Shown piece after piece: positions 15,746 to 25,433 of a stretch of DNA of 33,727 bases (within the stretch, counting starts at the first letter, position 1; the number at the start of each line of letters is the position of its first letter). The notes below the pieces were generated by a model. It ran no database searches and had not been told where the DNA came from. It saw nothing but the letters and a program-made list of their open reading frames with translations. A program made the position numbers and the translations under genes. Origin of the DNA: a virus. The stretch lies in IMG/VR virus record IMGVR_UViG_3300033156_000380; one strand, written 5' to 3'.

Positions 15746-16561
15746 TTAGCTCACACTTTGTTCATCTTCCATTGTCCACACTTGCTTTCCTACTGCCCTC
15801 GATGTGTCAGGTACTCCAAGTAGAGAAAATGGGTTCACCGCAGGTTCTTCTCCTTCATCAGGCTGGAATGTTATATCAAAGTTGGCATTGTAGTAAGCTT
15901 TCCACAGTGTCAATTTGTATGTTTTTCCTTCCTGATTTGTGTTTGTCAACCTCACCACCTTGGGAGTCAACTGTATCAGGTTTCCACCGCTTTCCAAGAC
16001 TCTTTTCGCAGCTGGTGTATAATCATAATCAATTGTGATGCTCTGAGATTCTGTCGTCACATTTGCAGAATCGATTATGAATATCCCTGTCCTGCCTATC
16101 GGGTCTTGTCCGACGAAGTAATCTGTGTCCTCCGTAAGCAGTCCGTCTTCAGAACCTGTCACGGAGTTTATCGTTAGTGCTGAAAGGTCATGGTTCTGGT
16201 TCTCTATCAAAATAAAATCATTGTATCCCCAGTCTCCAGATACCACTACCTGTTCAGCCCCCGATACCGGTGTTCCTGCAACTGTTGAGTATGTGTCCAT
16301 CTCCCCCCTGACTTTGAACAGAACCGACAGGTCGAGCTCCTCCTGGTCGCCCGTGACAACGGCTCTTACTTTTCTCAGAAACCTCACCAGCTCAGCATTG
16401 TCCGCTCCTCTGTCCGTGAATGTCAGCTCCTCAGTAAATTTCACATTCTTTACGATCCCGACATCCTCCAGACTTTCAACTCCATCGCCAATCTCAATCT
16501 TACAACTTCCAAACCTTATTGAGTTCACCTTCTGTACTGTTGTCTGAAATGGATATGCCAT
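15746..16561 (-). CDS. Major tail (tube) protein, 271 aa
   Basis: The ATG at 16561 (MAYPFQTT...) is preceded by ACAGGAGGTGGAAAGAG; the track ORF extends to 16600. Assigned by position upstream of the chaperone. Confidence 0.65.
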   Translation of the reverse strand: MAYPFQTTVQKVNSIRFGSCKIEIGDGVESLEDVGIVKNVKFTEELTFTDRGADNAELVRFLRKVRAVVTGDQEELDLSVLFKVRGEMDTYSTVAGTPVSGAEQVVVSGDWGYNDFILIENQNHDLSALTINSVTGSEDGLLTEDTDYFVGQDPIGRTGIFIIDSANVTTESQSITIDYDYTPAAKRVLESGGNLIQLTPKVVRLTNTNQEGKTYKLTLWKAYYNANFDITFQPDEGEEPAVNPFSLLGVPDTSRAVGKQVWTMEDEQSVS

Positions 16562-16586
16562 CTCTTTCCACCTCCTGTATTTTTTT

Positions 16587-17030
16587 TTAAACTTCTCCAT
16601 ATTTTGAAATATGAAGTACTGAATATTCTATATCGCAAGCTATTACATTCTGTTCTTGCGTATTATAAACCCTTCTCCTCACTGGCATTGTATAATTCGC
16701 ATATCCCCCCCTCGTACTATCCTTTTCCATAGCTATTTTCACATTGTCAATATATTCATTCAATTTTTTCTCCAGATTCTTACTCGCTTTTATATATCCT
16801 CTCAATAACACCTTTAACCTACTCAATATATATGTCGCATTTGCCCCCGCCGGTTCGTCTCCCTCCTCAGTCCAGACCACTATTGTTGCCGGATACTGTT
16901 TCTGTTTCAAATTATGATACTCATTCCATTCTCTTGTTACATATTTCATATCAAAGTCATAACCGTTTTCTTTCGTTATTCCCGACAATGTTTCCACAAT
17001 ATTTTCAAGTATCATTTCCGTTTTGCCCAT
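16587..17030 (-). CDS. Putative tail terminator / tail completion protein, 147 aa
   Basis: Assigned by position between the gp10-like and tube genes. An alternative ATG at 17015 overlaps the upstream stop. Confidence 0.45.
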   Translation of the reverse strand: MGKTEMILENIVETLSGITKENGYDFDMKYVTREWNEYHNLKQKQYPATIVVWTEEGDEPAGANATYILSRLKVLLRGYIKASKNLEKKLNEYIDNVKIAMEKDSTRGGYANYTMPVRRRVYNTQEQNVIACDIEYSVLHISKYGEV

Positions 17031-17419
17031 TCCTCAATCCCCTCAGCTATTTTCTTTAATCCAACACTTTCCCATTCTTCTCTTTTTTCTGTCTTCGGTG
17101 GTGTCAAGAAAGGCCTCGGCCCACCATGCCTCTTCCCCGACACTTCCCAATATCGAGGATAATTAAATCCCTGATCTGACCTTGCATTCGCCGACACAAT
17201 TGCCCTCATCCCTTCCACTTCTGCCTGTATCGAGCCTATCAGTCTTGTTGATTGAACTCCCAGCCTTTCGGGTCTCGGCCCCTGCAAATAATCCCTCTGC
17301 ACTATTCCCGCATACACAACTGCCGACGCCTTTAGCCCCTTTCCCACTATCCCCGGAAGCTTACTTCTCAGATCGTCTATTCTTTCTCTCAGGTTTGTAT
17401 CTTCAATTATTATTCTCAT
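17012..17419 (-). CDS. HK97 gp10-like head-tail joining protein, 135 aa
   Basis: The NYPRYWEVSGKRHGGPRPFLTPP segment resembles the gp10 family signature (E.G....PF). Position supports the call. Confidence 0.7.
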   Translation of the reverse strand: MRIIIEDTNLRERIDDLRSKLPGIVGKGLKASAVVYAGIVQRDYLQGPRPERLGVQSTRLIGSIQAEVEGMRAIVSANARSDQGFNYPRYWEVSGKRHGGPRPFLTPPKTEKREEWESVGLKKIAEGIEEWAKRK

Positions 17420-17423
17420 TCTT

Positions 17424-18026
17424 TTACCATTTCTTTCTATATTTTTCCAGTATTTTCATGATCCATTTCGGGAAATCTGTTTCATAAGATATTGTCCCTT
17501 CACCCAAACTCTTGCTTTTTGTCCCAAGCCTTTTCTCCTGTGACGAATACCACATAGTCCCTATTATTCCAAGACATGCCATTTTCAGGTCATCCGGTAT
17601 TGAGTCCCCGCTGTATCCTGCATTATATATAACCTTTACATTTCCTCGTCCGTCTAAGAACCGTCCATTATCATAAACTATCATATATTTCAATTTGTCG
17701 GGTCTTATTACAAGATTATCAGTCAATATTTCTGTATCCGCATCCCAAACTCTCCCCGGGTCATCATATACTGCCGTAATATTCTGCACTGGATAGTTAT
17801 TTAGCATTATAATGTTTTGCCCTTTACCATCGTAATATTCCGTAAGTTCTCTCGCCCTCAAAAGTCTATCCGTATACTGATTGCAATATTGGCTCGCAGC
17901 ATTCACATAAAAGTTCAGTATATTATTAAATCCCGTCTCGTCCTCTTCATTCAAATATGCTTTTACCAAATCAAGGTCATCCCCTACCAACGAGTTTGTT
18001 GTATCTATATTTACTGACAATGCCAT
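17424..18026 (-). CDS. Head-tail connector (gp6-like) protein, 200 aa
   Basis: The N-terminus (DLDLVKAYLNEEDETGFNNILNFYVNAASQYCNQYT) is typical of the gp6-like connector family. Confidence 0.7.
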   Translation of the reverse strand: MALSVNIDTTNSLVGDDLDLVKAYLNEEDETGFNNILNFYVNAASQYCNQYTDRLLRARELTEYYDGKGQNIIMLNNYPVQNITAVYDDPGRVWDADTEILTDNLVIRPDKLKYMIVYDNGRFLDGRGNVKVIYNAGYSGDSIPDDLKMACLGIIGTMWYSSQEKRLGTKSKSLGEGTISYETDFPKWIMKILEKYRKKW

Positions 18027-18239
18027 TTACTTTTTCCTCTTTGTATTTTTTTTCTTTTTCACGGTCTTTGTTTCATATTCTGTAACCATCTTATTTTCAA
18101 TCGGTTTATTCTGTTTCAATACTTTCACCAAATCTTTATACTTTCGATATATCTTTTCAGATATTTCTATCTTCTGCCCTTCAGTGCCTCTTTGAAATGT
18201 TTCTGGATCATAAAACGATTGCAAAACCAATACTTTCAT
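18027..18239 (-). CDS. Hypothetical protein with Lys-rich tail, 70 aa
   Basis: ORF track; 4-nt overlap with the upstream gene. Confidence 0.45.
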   Translation of the reverse strand: MKVLVLQSFYDPETFQRGTEGQKIEISEKIYRKYKDLVKVLKQNKPIENKMVTEYETKTVKKKKNTKRKK

Positions 18240-18514
18240 CTCGCCTTCCCCCTTCTTTCAAAATATTCCGCCACCCTCCTGAACTCCTTCTCAAACCTCT
18301 CAAGAGATTCTTCTTCAGAAACAACTATTAATAACCTATATTTATCCTCGTCAGCACAAAGTATAAAACCGTCATGTTCACCATGTCCACAACAACTCAT
18401 CGCTGTTTTTATGCCTCCCTCATTCAATGCTTTTATGATAGGAGCAAGACACCTATCGACATCCTGCTCCTTATCTCCAATTCTTATTTTAACTCTGTCT
18501 CCATGCCTGCACAT
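18236..18514 (-). CDS. Cys/His-rich small protein in the head module (start uncertain: 18514 or 18571)
   Basis: CRHGD...DRCLAPIIKALNEGGIKTAMSCCGHGEHDGFILC. The ATG at 18514 lies 1 nt after the upstream TAA. No good SD for any candidate start. Confidence 0.5.
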   Translation of the reverse strand: MCRHGDRVKIRIGDKEQDVDRCLAPIIKALNEGGIKTAMSCCGHGEHDGFILCADEDKYRLLIVVSEEESLERFEKEFRRVAEYFERRGKAR

Positions 18515-18515
18515 A

Positions 18516-19112
18516 TTACTTATTAATATATGCCCAGAGCATATACATGATCTGGCTTGCATTTGTACCATTCGCTATATACAGATACAACGGGTCTCCC
18601 ATAAACGGCGCTATGGCAAATATGCTTCCTGCATTTTTGTTTGTAGTATCAGCTGCAAGAGATATTACCTTTTTCGCATTATCTGCTGTCACACCAAACA
18701 CAAAATATCTTGCTCCATCCTTGACATTCTTTGCCAGATTGTTCTGGTGCGTGATTGCTTTTGTTGACAATGATGCCACAATATTAAACTCCCAGCTCCC
18801 GTCTTCTGTCTCATAAGCCACTATGTCATTATTCGCAACTGCATTACCTGCGGGGTCTGTCGGTGCAGTCACAACATCAATCACCTTCTGCCCACTTGCT
18901 GCATCCCCATCTACTGTGTTCCTGCATCCTGCAAGCAGCCCTGGATACATAATGTTCAGTGTGTGAGCAGTTGCACCGGTAACTATCTCATACCCAATCA
19001 GAGCAAGCCTTGCTCCATCCCTTCCAGGTATCTCCTCTGTTATTGCTGTTCCGGCATTTTCTGTGTGGAAATCCACATCAAAAAACCCTTTCACATATGC
19101 TGGTATTGACAT
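18516..19112 (-). CDS. Hypothetical structural protein following the capsid gene (possible decoration/auxiliary head protein), 198 aa
   Basis: ORF track. RBS GAGAAGGAGAGAAAGAG upstream. Assigned by position only. Confidence 0.55.
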   Translation of the reverse strand: MSIPAYVKGFFDVDFHTENAGTAITEEIPGRDGARLALIGYEIVTGATAHTLNIMYPGLLAGCRNTVDGDAASGQKVIDVVTAPTDPAGNAVANNDIVAYETEDGSWEFNIVASLSTKAITHQNNLAKNVKDGARYFVFGVTADNAKKVISLAADTTNKNAGSIFAIAPFMGDPLYLYIANGTNASQIMYMLWAYINK

Positions 19113-19140
19113 CTCTTTCTCTCCTTCTCTTTGAGATTTT

Positions 19141-19168
19141 TAAATCAAAGGGGAGCACCGCTCCCCCG
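19141..19168 (-). terminator. Intrinsic terminator/attenuator after the major capsid gene
   Basis: Minus strand: GGGGAGC-GGT-GCTCCCC followed by TTTGATTTA, immediately after the MCP stop at 19174. Confidence 0.65.
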
Positions 19169-19173
19169 TTTTT

Positions 19174-20415
19174 TTACGATGCTGCTGTCTTGAGCCTTGA
19201 AATTGCCGACGGTATTCCACCGACAAATCCTTGCCTGATCCTAAACCTCAGGAATATCTGGTCATAATCTACATTGCGGATAGTGTCTCTATAAATCTTG
19301 AACTCCATTCCGACCTTTTCACCGTGCAACCAGTGTTTCGGGTTTCCGTAGATTATGAACGATGTTGATGCTGCACTCCCTGACACTTTCGGCATCTGAT
19401 CCGCCAGTATGTACGGTACTCCTGCTATCGTGGCCGGCACTCCTTCCGCCATTTTTTGATATATCGGTTGTCCATCGTCGTCGGTCAGTTTCCTGATGAC
19501 ATTGAATATCGTCCTATGCATGATATATATAGCCCCTATATGATGTGCCTCCATTGTCAAGGCATCCTGCAGATTCAATAGGTCTTCATAAGTCACGTCA
19601 GAAAACGATGTCTTCCCTGCTCCCATTATCACTTCTTGAACGCCTGTATCGTGCAACATTCCGGTGAACGGTGCAGCATTTGCCGTTAAAACCTGCTTGT
19701 CGAATTCCTGTCCCCATGCTTCTGCGAATAGTTTCTGAAAATACTGTACCAGATTGATTGTAGAATCCTCTTCCAGCTCTTCTGTCCAAGTCAACCATCC
19801 TGCACAGGTTTTCGCTTCTAAATCCTTTTGCCCGAATGTTGGGTTCGTTTCTGATTTTGCCGAACTCTCATCCGATGGCCATACCAATGTTACCCCAGTT
19901 GCCCCAGTCTGAACTTCCATCTTTCTTCTGCCCATTGGCAGTGTGGTTACCTTGCCCATCATCGTCGAAGCCTGAAGTGAAAGTCGCATCACCTCATCGT
20001 ACCATTCTGTCGGCACAAGGTACGATCCCGTGACTGCATCTCCCCTTAAAACCGTTCCAAGCGCTGCTTTCTGATCCGCCTGTGCATTCAGGAACATGTT
20101 CCAGTTTTCAACTTCGCCCCAATCTTGGGTTACCAACTTCCCACCGGACTTCGCTACTCCTGTCAAGTCGCTTTTCCATGCAGATTTGAGAAACAATGCG
20201 CTTTTCTCTTCCGGCTTCATATTCTCAAACTCCCTCTTTCTCCAGTTTGCGCTTTCTTCAAGAAGTTTCTGGAGCTTCTCGGACAGACTCTTAATCTCCT
20301 CATCTTTTTTCTTGATTGTCGCCCCTGTCTCCTCCTGCATTGCTTTTATCAGGTTTTTGAAATCCGACAGCGTGCTGTTTTCATCCAGATCGTCAATCAT
20401 CTTGAAAATATCCAT
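19174..20415 (-). CDS. Major capsid protein, HK97 fold, with N-terminal coiled-coil delta/scaffold domain, 413 aa
   Basis: The ATG at 20415 (MDIFKMIDDL...) is preceded by AAGGAGGACAAAAACA; the track ORF extends to 20538. GSYLVPTEWYDEVMRL and the overall layout are typical of HK97-family MCPs. Confidence 0.9.
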   Translation of the reverse strand: MDIFKMIDDLDENSTLSDFKNLIKAMQEETGATIKKKDEEIKSLSEKLQKLLEESANWRKREFENMKPEEKSALFLKSAWKSDLTGVAKSGGKLVTQDWGEVENWNMFLNAQADQKAALGTVLRGDAVTGSYLVPTEWYDEVMRLSLQASTMMGKVTTLPMGRRKMEVQTGATGVTLVWPSDESSAKSETNPTFGQKDLEAKTCAGWLTWTEELEEDSTINLVQYFQKLFAEAWGQEFDKQVLTANAAPFTGMLHDTGVQEVIMGAGKTSFSDVTYEDLLNLQDALTMEAHHIGAIYIMHRTIFNVIRKLTDDDGQPIYQKMAEGVPATIAGVPYILADQMPKVSGSAASTSFIIYGNPKHWLHGEKVGMEFKIYRDTIRNVDYDQIFLRFRIRQGFVGGIPSAISRLKTAAS

Positions 20416-21727
20416 TGTTTTTGTCCTCCTTGAATTCAAATATTGATCCGAGCTTTCGCTCACGCCTAAAAAATCCACCCTGTTTTTTCTGCGGTTTGTC
20501 TGCCTCCCGGCCCGCCAGAATGGTTGAATATAGGCCACTTTTGTACTTTTCTGTATTATTTTGTATTTCTTTTCTTAATTTTTTGATTTCTTCTATCATA
20601 TCTAATACCATCTCATCAATACTTTTGAAGTCCGGCACATCTTTGTCGAATTCTTTATAATGTTTTGCCAGATGATTATATACACCTTTCTTATCATTTT
20701 CTGGTATCTGGACCCCACCTCTCGCTCCTAACAGTGCAGCCATTGCTGCAGCTACTCCTCCCCAAACTACCGGATGTTTTCCTCCCGCCTTGTGGTGTGG
20801 TAGTTTATATGAAGATTTCACATCTGGATTTTCAGAGTCATACCATGCGCACATTATCTTCAGATCATCAACATCAGCATTCCTCACTTCTGCCGCCGCA
20901 TCCCAATCCTCGCCTTCCGGTGCTTTCGGTGTTTCCTTGTACGGTATTACCTTTTTCTCTTCCATGTATTGTATCTTTTTCGTTTTCTCTTCTATACTCT
21001 TCAATTCTATTATTGCATTTGGATTCGCCCCCACATTCACAAGCGACAGCTCATACAATTCCGCCTCTGTCGTTATCATCCTCGGTTCTCCATCTTTTGG
21101 TTCATCTTTTGCATATTCTCTTTTAAGTGGTATATATCCCACACTTACCGCCCTCAATATTTTCTGATCTACCAGCCTCCTCACAACATCCGCCAGATCA
21201 TAAGTCCCCGGCTCTGCAAACTTCACCTTAAACTTTAATTTTTCTCCGTGCTTGTATGCTTTCGCCGTTCCTATCCCCGGTATGTCGTGCCTATGCCCCC
21301 ACAAAATTATCGGATTCTTGTTATTATAATTTTCCAGTTTCCATCCCGACATCTTTATTATTTCAGAATCCCTGTCGAGGGTCTCATCGCTCCCCACAAA
21401 TACATATGTATCTTCTGCATCTTTTTCTACATCACAATGAAATATTGCTTTCATCATCATTTTCTTTTCCTCCTTCTTGATTTCTTTTTTTGCCGGCTCA
21501 AATGTTCCCCCTTTTTCACGGCAATGTTTCCTTGCATCTCTCTCTGTCCATATATTTGTTCTATATCTTAACGCTTGTGCCTCTGCATCTCCTTTCTTTA
21601 TCCCAAAGATGTAGTCTATGCATTTCCCATCACTTTTTTTATAACAATTTACTCTTGCGAATCTTTCATATTTGTCTGGGTTCTCAAGTCTACATGAATG
21701 CTCTTGCTCGTACGGAATAGTAACCAC
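20393..21727 (-). CDS. Prohead serine protease (HK97/S78 family) with extra N- and C-terminal domains, 444 aa
   Basis: The KNPIILWGHRHDIPGIG motif fits the S78 family. The C-terminal KLPHHKAGG...AAAMAALLGARGG module is common in phage protease/scaffold fusions. Confidence 0.85.
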   Translation of the reverse strand: MVTIPYEQEHSCRLENPDKYERFARVNCYKKSDGKCIDYIFGIKKGDAEAQALRYRTNIWTERDARKHCREKGGTFEPAKKEIKKEEKKMMMKAIFHCDVEKDAEDTYVFVGSDETLDRDSEIIKMSGWKLENYNNKNPIILWGHRHDIPGIGTAKAYKHGEKLKFKVKFAEPGTYDLADVVRRLVDQKILRAVSVGYIPLKREYAKDEPKDGEPRMITTEAELYELSLVNVGANPNAIIELKSIEEKTKKIQYMEEKKVIPYKETPKAPEGEDWDAAAEVRNADVDDLKIMCAWYDSENPDVKSSYKLPHHKAGGKHPVVWGGVAAAMAALLGARGGVQIPENDKKGVYNHLAKHYKEFDKDVPDFKSIDEMVLDMIEEIKKLRKEIQNNTEKYKSGLYSTILAGREADKPQKKQGGFFRRERKLGSIFEFKEDKNNGYFQDD

Positions 21728-21738
21728 CCCCTCTCATT

Positions 21739-23811
21739 TTAATCCACCACCGGCACAGTTATACATGAGCAATTTATCACTTCTTCCGGTGGGCCCACCT
21801 CGTCATGAGGATATCTAATCCCCGACGGAAAATATTCTCCCACTTTCCTTATTTCCATGTGGTTTCCAATGTGGCTCTCACGAATAAGTCTTGTCGAATA
21901 CCATTGATGCCTCTCTATCCCCGCTTCATTCATTCCGTCCCATCTCGCTTGACTCATCGTCCCGTTTACCTCTGTTCTTGCTACCGTCTTTGTTCTCCTT
22001 CTTGCATTGTTGAATATATTCTTCACTTCTGTTGCCAGTTCTTTTGCCAGTTCATCATAACTTGCTCCTACTTCCAGCCCCCTGCTGATAATCGGTCTTA
22101 TTCCATCAATTACCTGCTCCCTTATTGTTTCGTTTATCTCCACTATCTTAATGGCCTTGCTGTTTATTGTTCTTATCGCCCTCTGTGAAGTCGACGTAAA
22201 TGTTGATCCGAATGTCTCCACCATATCTTCCACACTCGCTTCATAAACCGCCTCGTATCTTGGTTTCGTTATGTCCATAAGTTTTATATTCCAATCGTCT
22301 TCTTTCCACAGAAAATCCGCCTCTATTCTTTCCATCTCCACCGCTTTGATGCTTTTCTTTGCAAATATTTTTGTCATCACTTCCGTTCTCAACTCATAGA
22401 AATAATCTTCAATATCTTTCTGCATCGCATTCTGAAACGGCCTTATTGTCATCATTATTCTTTTCCACATTCTTTCATATCGTTCCGTTTTTTCTTTCTC
22501 TGTTATTATTGCTGCCCGGGGTTCTACAATCATTTTCTTACTTTTATCGCCCGTCCCGTTTCCTTCTGTTGCCGGTATCAGATTCATCGGTATCCACCAT
22601 ATGTCCCTCCATGGCTTTTCTTCAAACCCAAGTTCCAGCCTCTTGTTTATCTCATTCGCCGTGAACCCCAAATCTTTCAATCTTATCGCTACCTTTATCT
22701 TATCCGACAAGGTCTCTGACAATACCGAAATGCTTGATATATCGAATTTTCCTTTAATTTCTTTTAGCCCTTCCCTGTCGAAAAACTCCGTCCTCAATAC
22801 ATCTTCAATATATTTCATTATTGGGATCAAGGTATTTTCATACAGCTGTTTTCTCTGTTCTCTTATATTCGACTTTATTGATGCATGCTCCAGAACCTGC
22901 GACAGAGCCGGTGGTACTCCCAGCACCGCAAACACTTCATCTCTGCTCCACTTTTTTTGTTCTATATACATTACATCTTTTTGCGCCAGAGCTATCGGCA
23001 CATATTTCGTTCCTCGACCGGTTACAAGTATTTTACCTCTCTTTTTCAGCCCGCCCAACTTTCGCCTTATTCTTGTCTCTATTGCTTCTGCTTCTTCTGG
23101 GGTCAAATCCTGATCTGTAGATAACTGACCCGCTGGCGAGGAATCATTATTGAAAAAGTAATAGTTATATGCTGTTGCAGCAAAATCTACATCCATCCCA
23201 AGACTTGCAGCTACCAAAGGAGATAATCCCCTATACGGATGAAATGGATTATAATATTTGAATTGAATTACATCTTCCAGCTCATGATATATCCTGTTCG
23301 ACCCCTGCCATTCTCCCCACATTACCAATTCACCGTTTCTCACTATCGCTTCCATCGTGTCAGGATGGGGAAACCTTATTGATACCGGAGTCCCCTCTGC
23401 TGCCCTTTTCAATATCCAGAATGCTTCCCCCCTCAATGATAACCATGTAACTATACTTTCAAATAACGTGAACTTGTTCTGATTTACTGACACATAATCG
23501 AATAATCTTTTTATCCAGCCGTATTTTGTACCCGTCAATTCTACTTCTTCTCCATCCGCCATCACCTGATACAGTTTGAAGTCTACCATCGATAGGTTCA
23601 TCGCCATTATTCTAATCGCCGAAAATACCCATGCATTTTGTAGGTACGGATTTGTAACCTTTACCTGTCTCGGTGAATCCTCTTCCTGCCCCATCGCCAG
23701 AAATCTCAAAATAAGACTTGAGCTCGAAAAATCATAATCACTCGGTGGCATCACTGTTTGAACCGTCCTGAATCCTGCCCCGATGGCCTTTATTATATCT
23801 CTTATTTTCAT
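21739..23811 (-). CDS. Portal protein (HK97 family) fused to a C-terminal Mu F / SPP1 gp7-like minor head domain, 690 aa
   Basis: N-terminal ~420 aa are portal-like. The C-terminal ARTEVNGTMSQARWDG...HQWYS...ESH...INCSC matches the Phage_Mu_F signature. Confidence 0.9.
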   Translation of the reverse strand: MKIRDIIKAIGAGFRTVQTVMPPSDYDFSSSSLILRFLAMGQEEDSPRQVKVTNPYLQNAWVFSAIRIMAMNLSMVDFKLYQVMADGEEVELTGTKYGWIKRLFDYVSVNQNKFTLFESIVTWLSLRGEAFWILKRAAEGTPVSIRFPHPDTMEAIVRNGELVMWGEWQGSNRIYHELEDVIQFKYYNPFHPYRGLSPLVAASLGMDVDFAATAYNYYFFNNDSSPAGQLSTDQDLTPEEAEAIETRIRRKLGGLKKRGKILVTGRGTKYVPIALAQKDVMYIEQKKWSRDEVFAVLGVPPALSQVLEHASIKSNIREQRKQLYENTLIPIMKYIEDVLRTEFFDREGLKEIKGKFDISSISVLSETLSDKIKVAIRLKDLGFTANEINKRLELGFEEKPWRDIWWIPMNLIPATEGNGTGDKSKKMIVEPRAAIITEKEKTERYERMWKRIMMTIRPFQNAMQKDIEDYFYELRTEVMTKIFAKKSIKAVEMERIEADFLWKEDDWNIKLMDITKPRYEAVYEASVEDMVETFGSTFTSTSQRAIRTINSKAIKIVEINETIREQVIDGIRPIISRGLEVGASYDELAKELATEVKNIFNNARRRTKTVARTEVNGTMSQARWDGMNEAGIERHQWYSTRLIRESHIGNHMEIRKVGEYFPSGIRYPHDEVGPPEEVINCSCITVPVVD

Positions 23812-24983
23812 ATGAATATCTGTACTCTCCTCTTTCGTATTTCTTTACAATGTCCGTATCGTATTGAGTCTATACAATGATTGTACGCATCGAGCACTAT
23901 CGGCAACACTTCGTTCGTGCTCTTATCCACTTTATAGCTATATAATTTTGCCTCCTGTGCTGTGTGGTGGCATCTTTCATGTATTATAATTTCATCAAAG
24001 TTTCTCAGGTATTCAATCCCATCCTCTACCGATCCTTTCCATGCTTCTGCCGGCATTATCCTGAATCCCCTTCTTCTCATGTATGATATTGTCTCTGGCC
24101 TCGATGGATCAGCATATGCCGGCCACTTGTCTGATCCCGGGACCGACCTGAATAACTCTTCCAGCTCCTCCAGTTCTACCCCCACACCATAAGCTTCGTG
24201 ATCTATATACAATTTCCTGTCCCTTTTCCAGCTCCTCGTCATCACTGTCGGGTCATGCGCAAATCCCCAGTCAATGCCATAATAAAATCTCTCCACATCT
24301 TCCGGAGTCTCAAAATCTTCTACCCGCCACCTTTTCAATATTCTCGCCTCTGTCAGCTTTCTGGGGTTTCCTTCCCAAATCCAATCATACTTGTCCGGAT
24401 CATGCCTCTTGTCCCTTTCCGCCGTCTCCTCCAGAATCTTCGGCAACCACGGGTTATCTCTATATGTCGTCTTTACCAGTATCATGCTTTCGTCGCATTC
24501 TTTTACGAATCGTCTATATGTTTCTCCATCCTCATCCTCAGGGTTGAAACTTATCCATATTTGACTTCCCTCCGTCCTTATTGTCGGTATCAGGTAATCC
24601 CACGAATCCCTTGACACATTCTCAGCCTCCTCAACCCAGCACAGGTCTATACCTTCAGTCGATTTTATTTCTGCTGCATTATGTCTCAATCCTTTGAATA
24701 TGAACTCACTTCCATTCAAACACTTTATGCTATTTCTTTCTATATTAAAATAATCATCATATCCCAACATCTTAATCTGATCTGATAATAGTTTATGCAC
24801 TGATTCCCTTATCGAATTTTGAAATTCTCTTGTGCACAATATCCGCTTTTCTTCACTTACCGCTTGCACTATAAACCATCTTGCTATACTCCAGCTCCTA
24901 CCCCCTCCCCTACCTCCGTATGCCACATTAAACCTATTTGGTTCTTTGAACTTACTAAACTTAGGTATTATCCTGACCTTCAT
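23808..24983 (-). CDS. terL: Terminase large subunit (PBSX/Terminase_3-like)
   Basis: Walker A-like AYGGRGGGRSWS and an overall TerL layout. The ATG at 24983 follows GAGGAGGAAG; the track ORF starts at TTG 25004. Confidence 0.9.
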   Translation of the reverse strand: MKVRIIPKFSKFKEPNRFNVAYGGRGGGRSWSIARWFIVQAVSEEKRILCTREFQNSIRESVHKLLSDQIKMLGYDDYFNIERNSIKCLNGSEFIFKGLRHNAAEIKSTEGIDLCWVEEAENVSRDSWDYLIPTIRTEGSQIWISFNPEDEDGETYRRFVKECDESMILVKTTYRDNPWLPKILEETAERDKRHDPDKYDWIWEGNPRKLTEARILKRWRVEDFETPEDVERFYYGIDWGFAHDPTVMTRSWKRDRKLYIDHEAYGVGVELEELEELFRSVPGSDKWPAYADPSRPETISYMRRRGFRIMPAEAWKGSVEDGIEYLRNFDEIIIHERCHHTAQEAKLYSYKVDKSTNEVLPIVLDAYNHCIDSIRYGHCKEIRKRRVQIFI

Positions 24984-25290
24984 CTTCCTCCTCGCCCTTT
25001 CCAAATACTATCTCTATCTTCTTTGGAAACTCAATTCCCATGTGCTGAAGTTTCTGAGTCGGCAACCCGTCAACTCTGTCCCATATTATCCTTCTCGCCT
25101 GTGCATCTCCTTTCATTGCATCCTGTATTGTCTTCAGAACGAAAATGTCTTTGCTTATCAGCCTTTTTGTGTCTAACCTGTTGAGCTCCCCCTGAGTCAT
25201 CTCCAGATAGTATCTCAACCTATCCGCCAATGATGACCTGCCCAAGGGTCTGCCTCCAGGGTTACCTGACTGTCCTTTCTTGAACGGCAT
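24961..25290 (-). CDS. terS: Terminase small subunit candidate (DUF5681-type N-terminal motif), 109 aa
   Basis: The N-terminal KGQSGNPGGRP motif is typical of this small-terminase-like family. It lies immediately upstream of, and overlaps, terL. Confidence 0.65.
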   Translation of the reverse strand: MPFKKGQSGNPGGRPLGRSSLADRLRYYLEMTQGELNRLDTKRLISKDIFVLKTIQDAMKGDAQARRIIWDRVDGLPTQKLQHMGIEFPKKIEIVFGKGEEEDEGQDNT

Positions 25291-25353
25291 TGTTTTGAAA
25301 CCTCTTTGTCATTTTTCTCTTTTTTTTACATATTGTCTATTTATGACCAAAGA

Positions 25354-25388
25354 CAAAAAAATCCTTGCGCCATAGACACAAGGACTTA
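25354..25388 (-). terminator. Intrinsic terminator between the late promoter and terS
   Basis: Minus strand: AAGTCCTTGTG-TCTATGG-CGCAAGGATTT followed by TTTTTTTG (T7 run at 25361-25355). Confidence 0.5.
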
Positions 25389-25433
25389 TCTTTTTTGCTC
25401 TTTATTAGGTTTCTTTTGTATTTTCACGTATAA

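Noticed and set aside
20416-20538. N-terminal 41-codon extension of the capsid ORF that overlaps the protease gene
   Set aside because: The internal ATG at 20415 has a near-perfect SD (AAGGAGGACAAAAACA). The extension (MAYIQPFWRAGRQTNRRKNR...) looks like out-of-frame read-through of the protease 3' end.
24984-25004. TTG-initiated 7-codon extension of terL
   Set aside because: The ATG at 24983 is directly preceded by GAGGAGG. The TTG start lies within terS coding sequence and has no SD.
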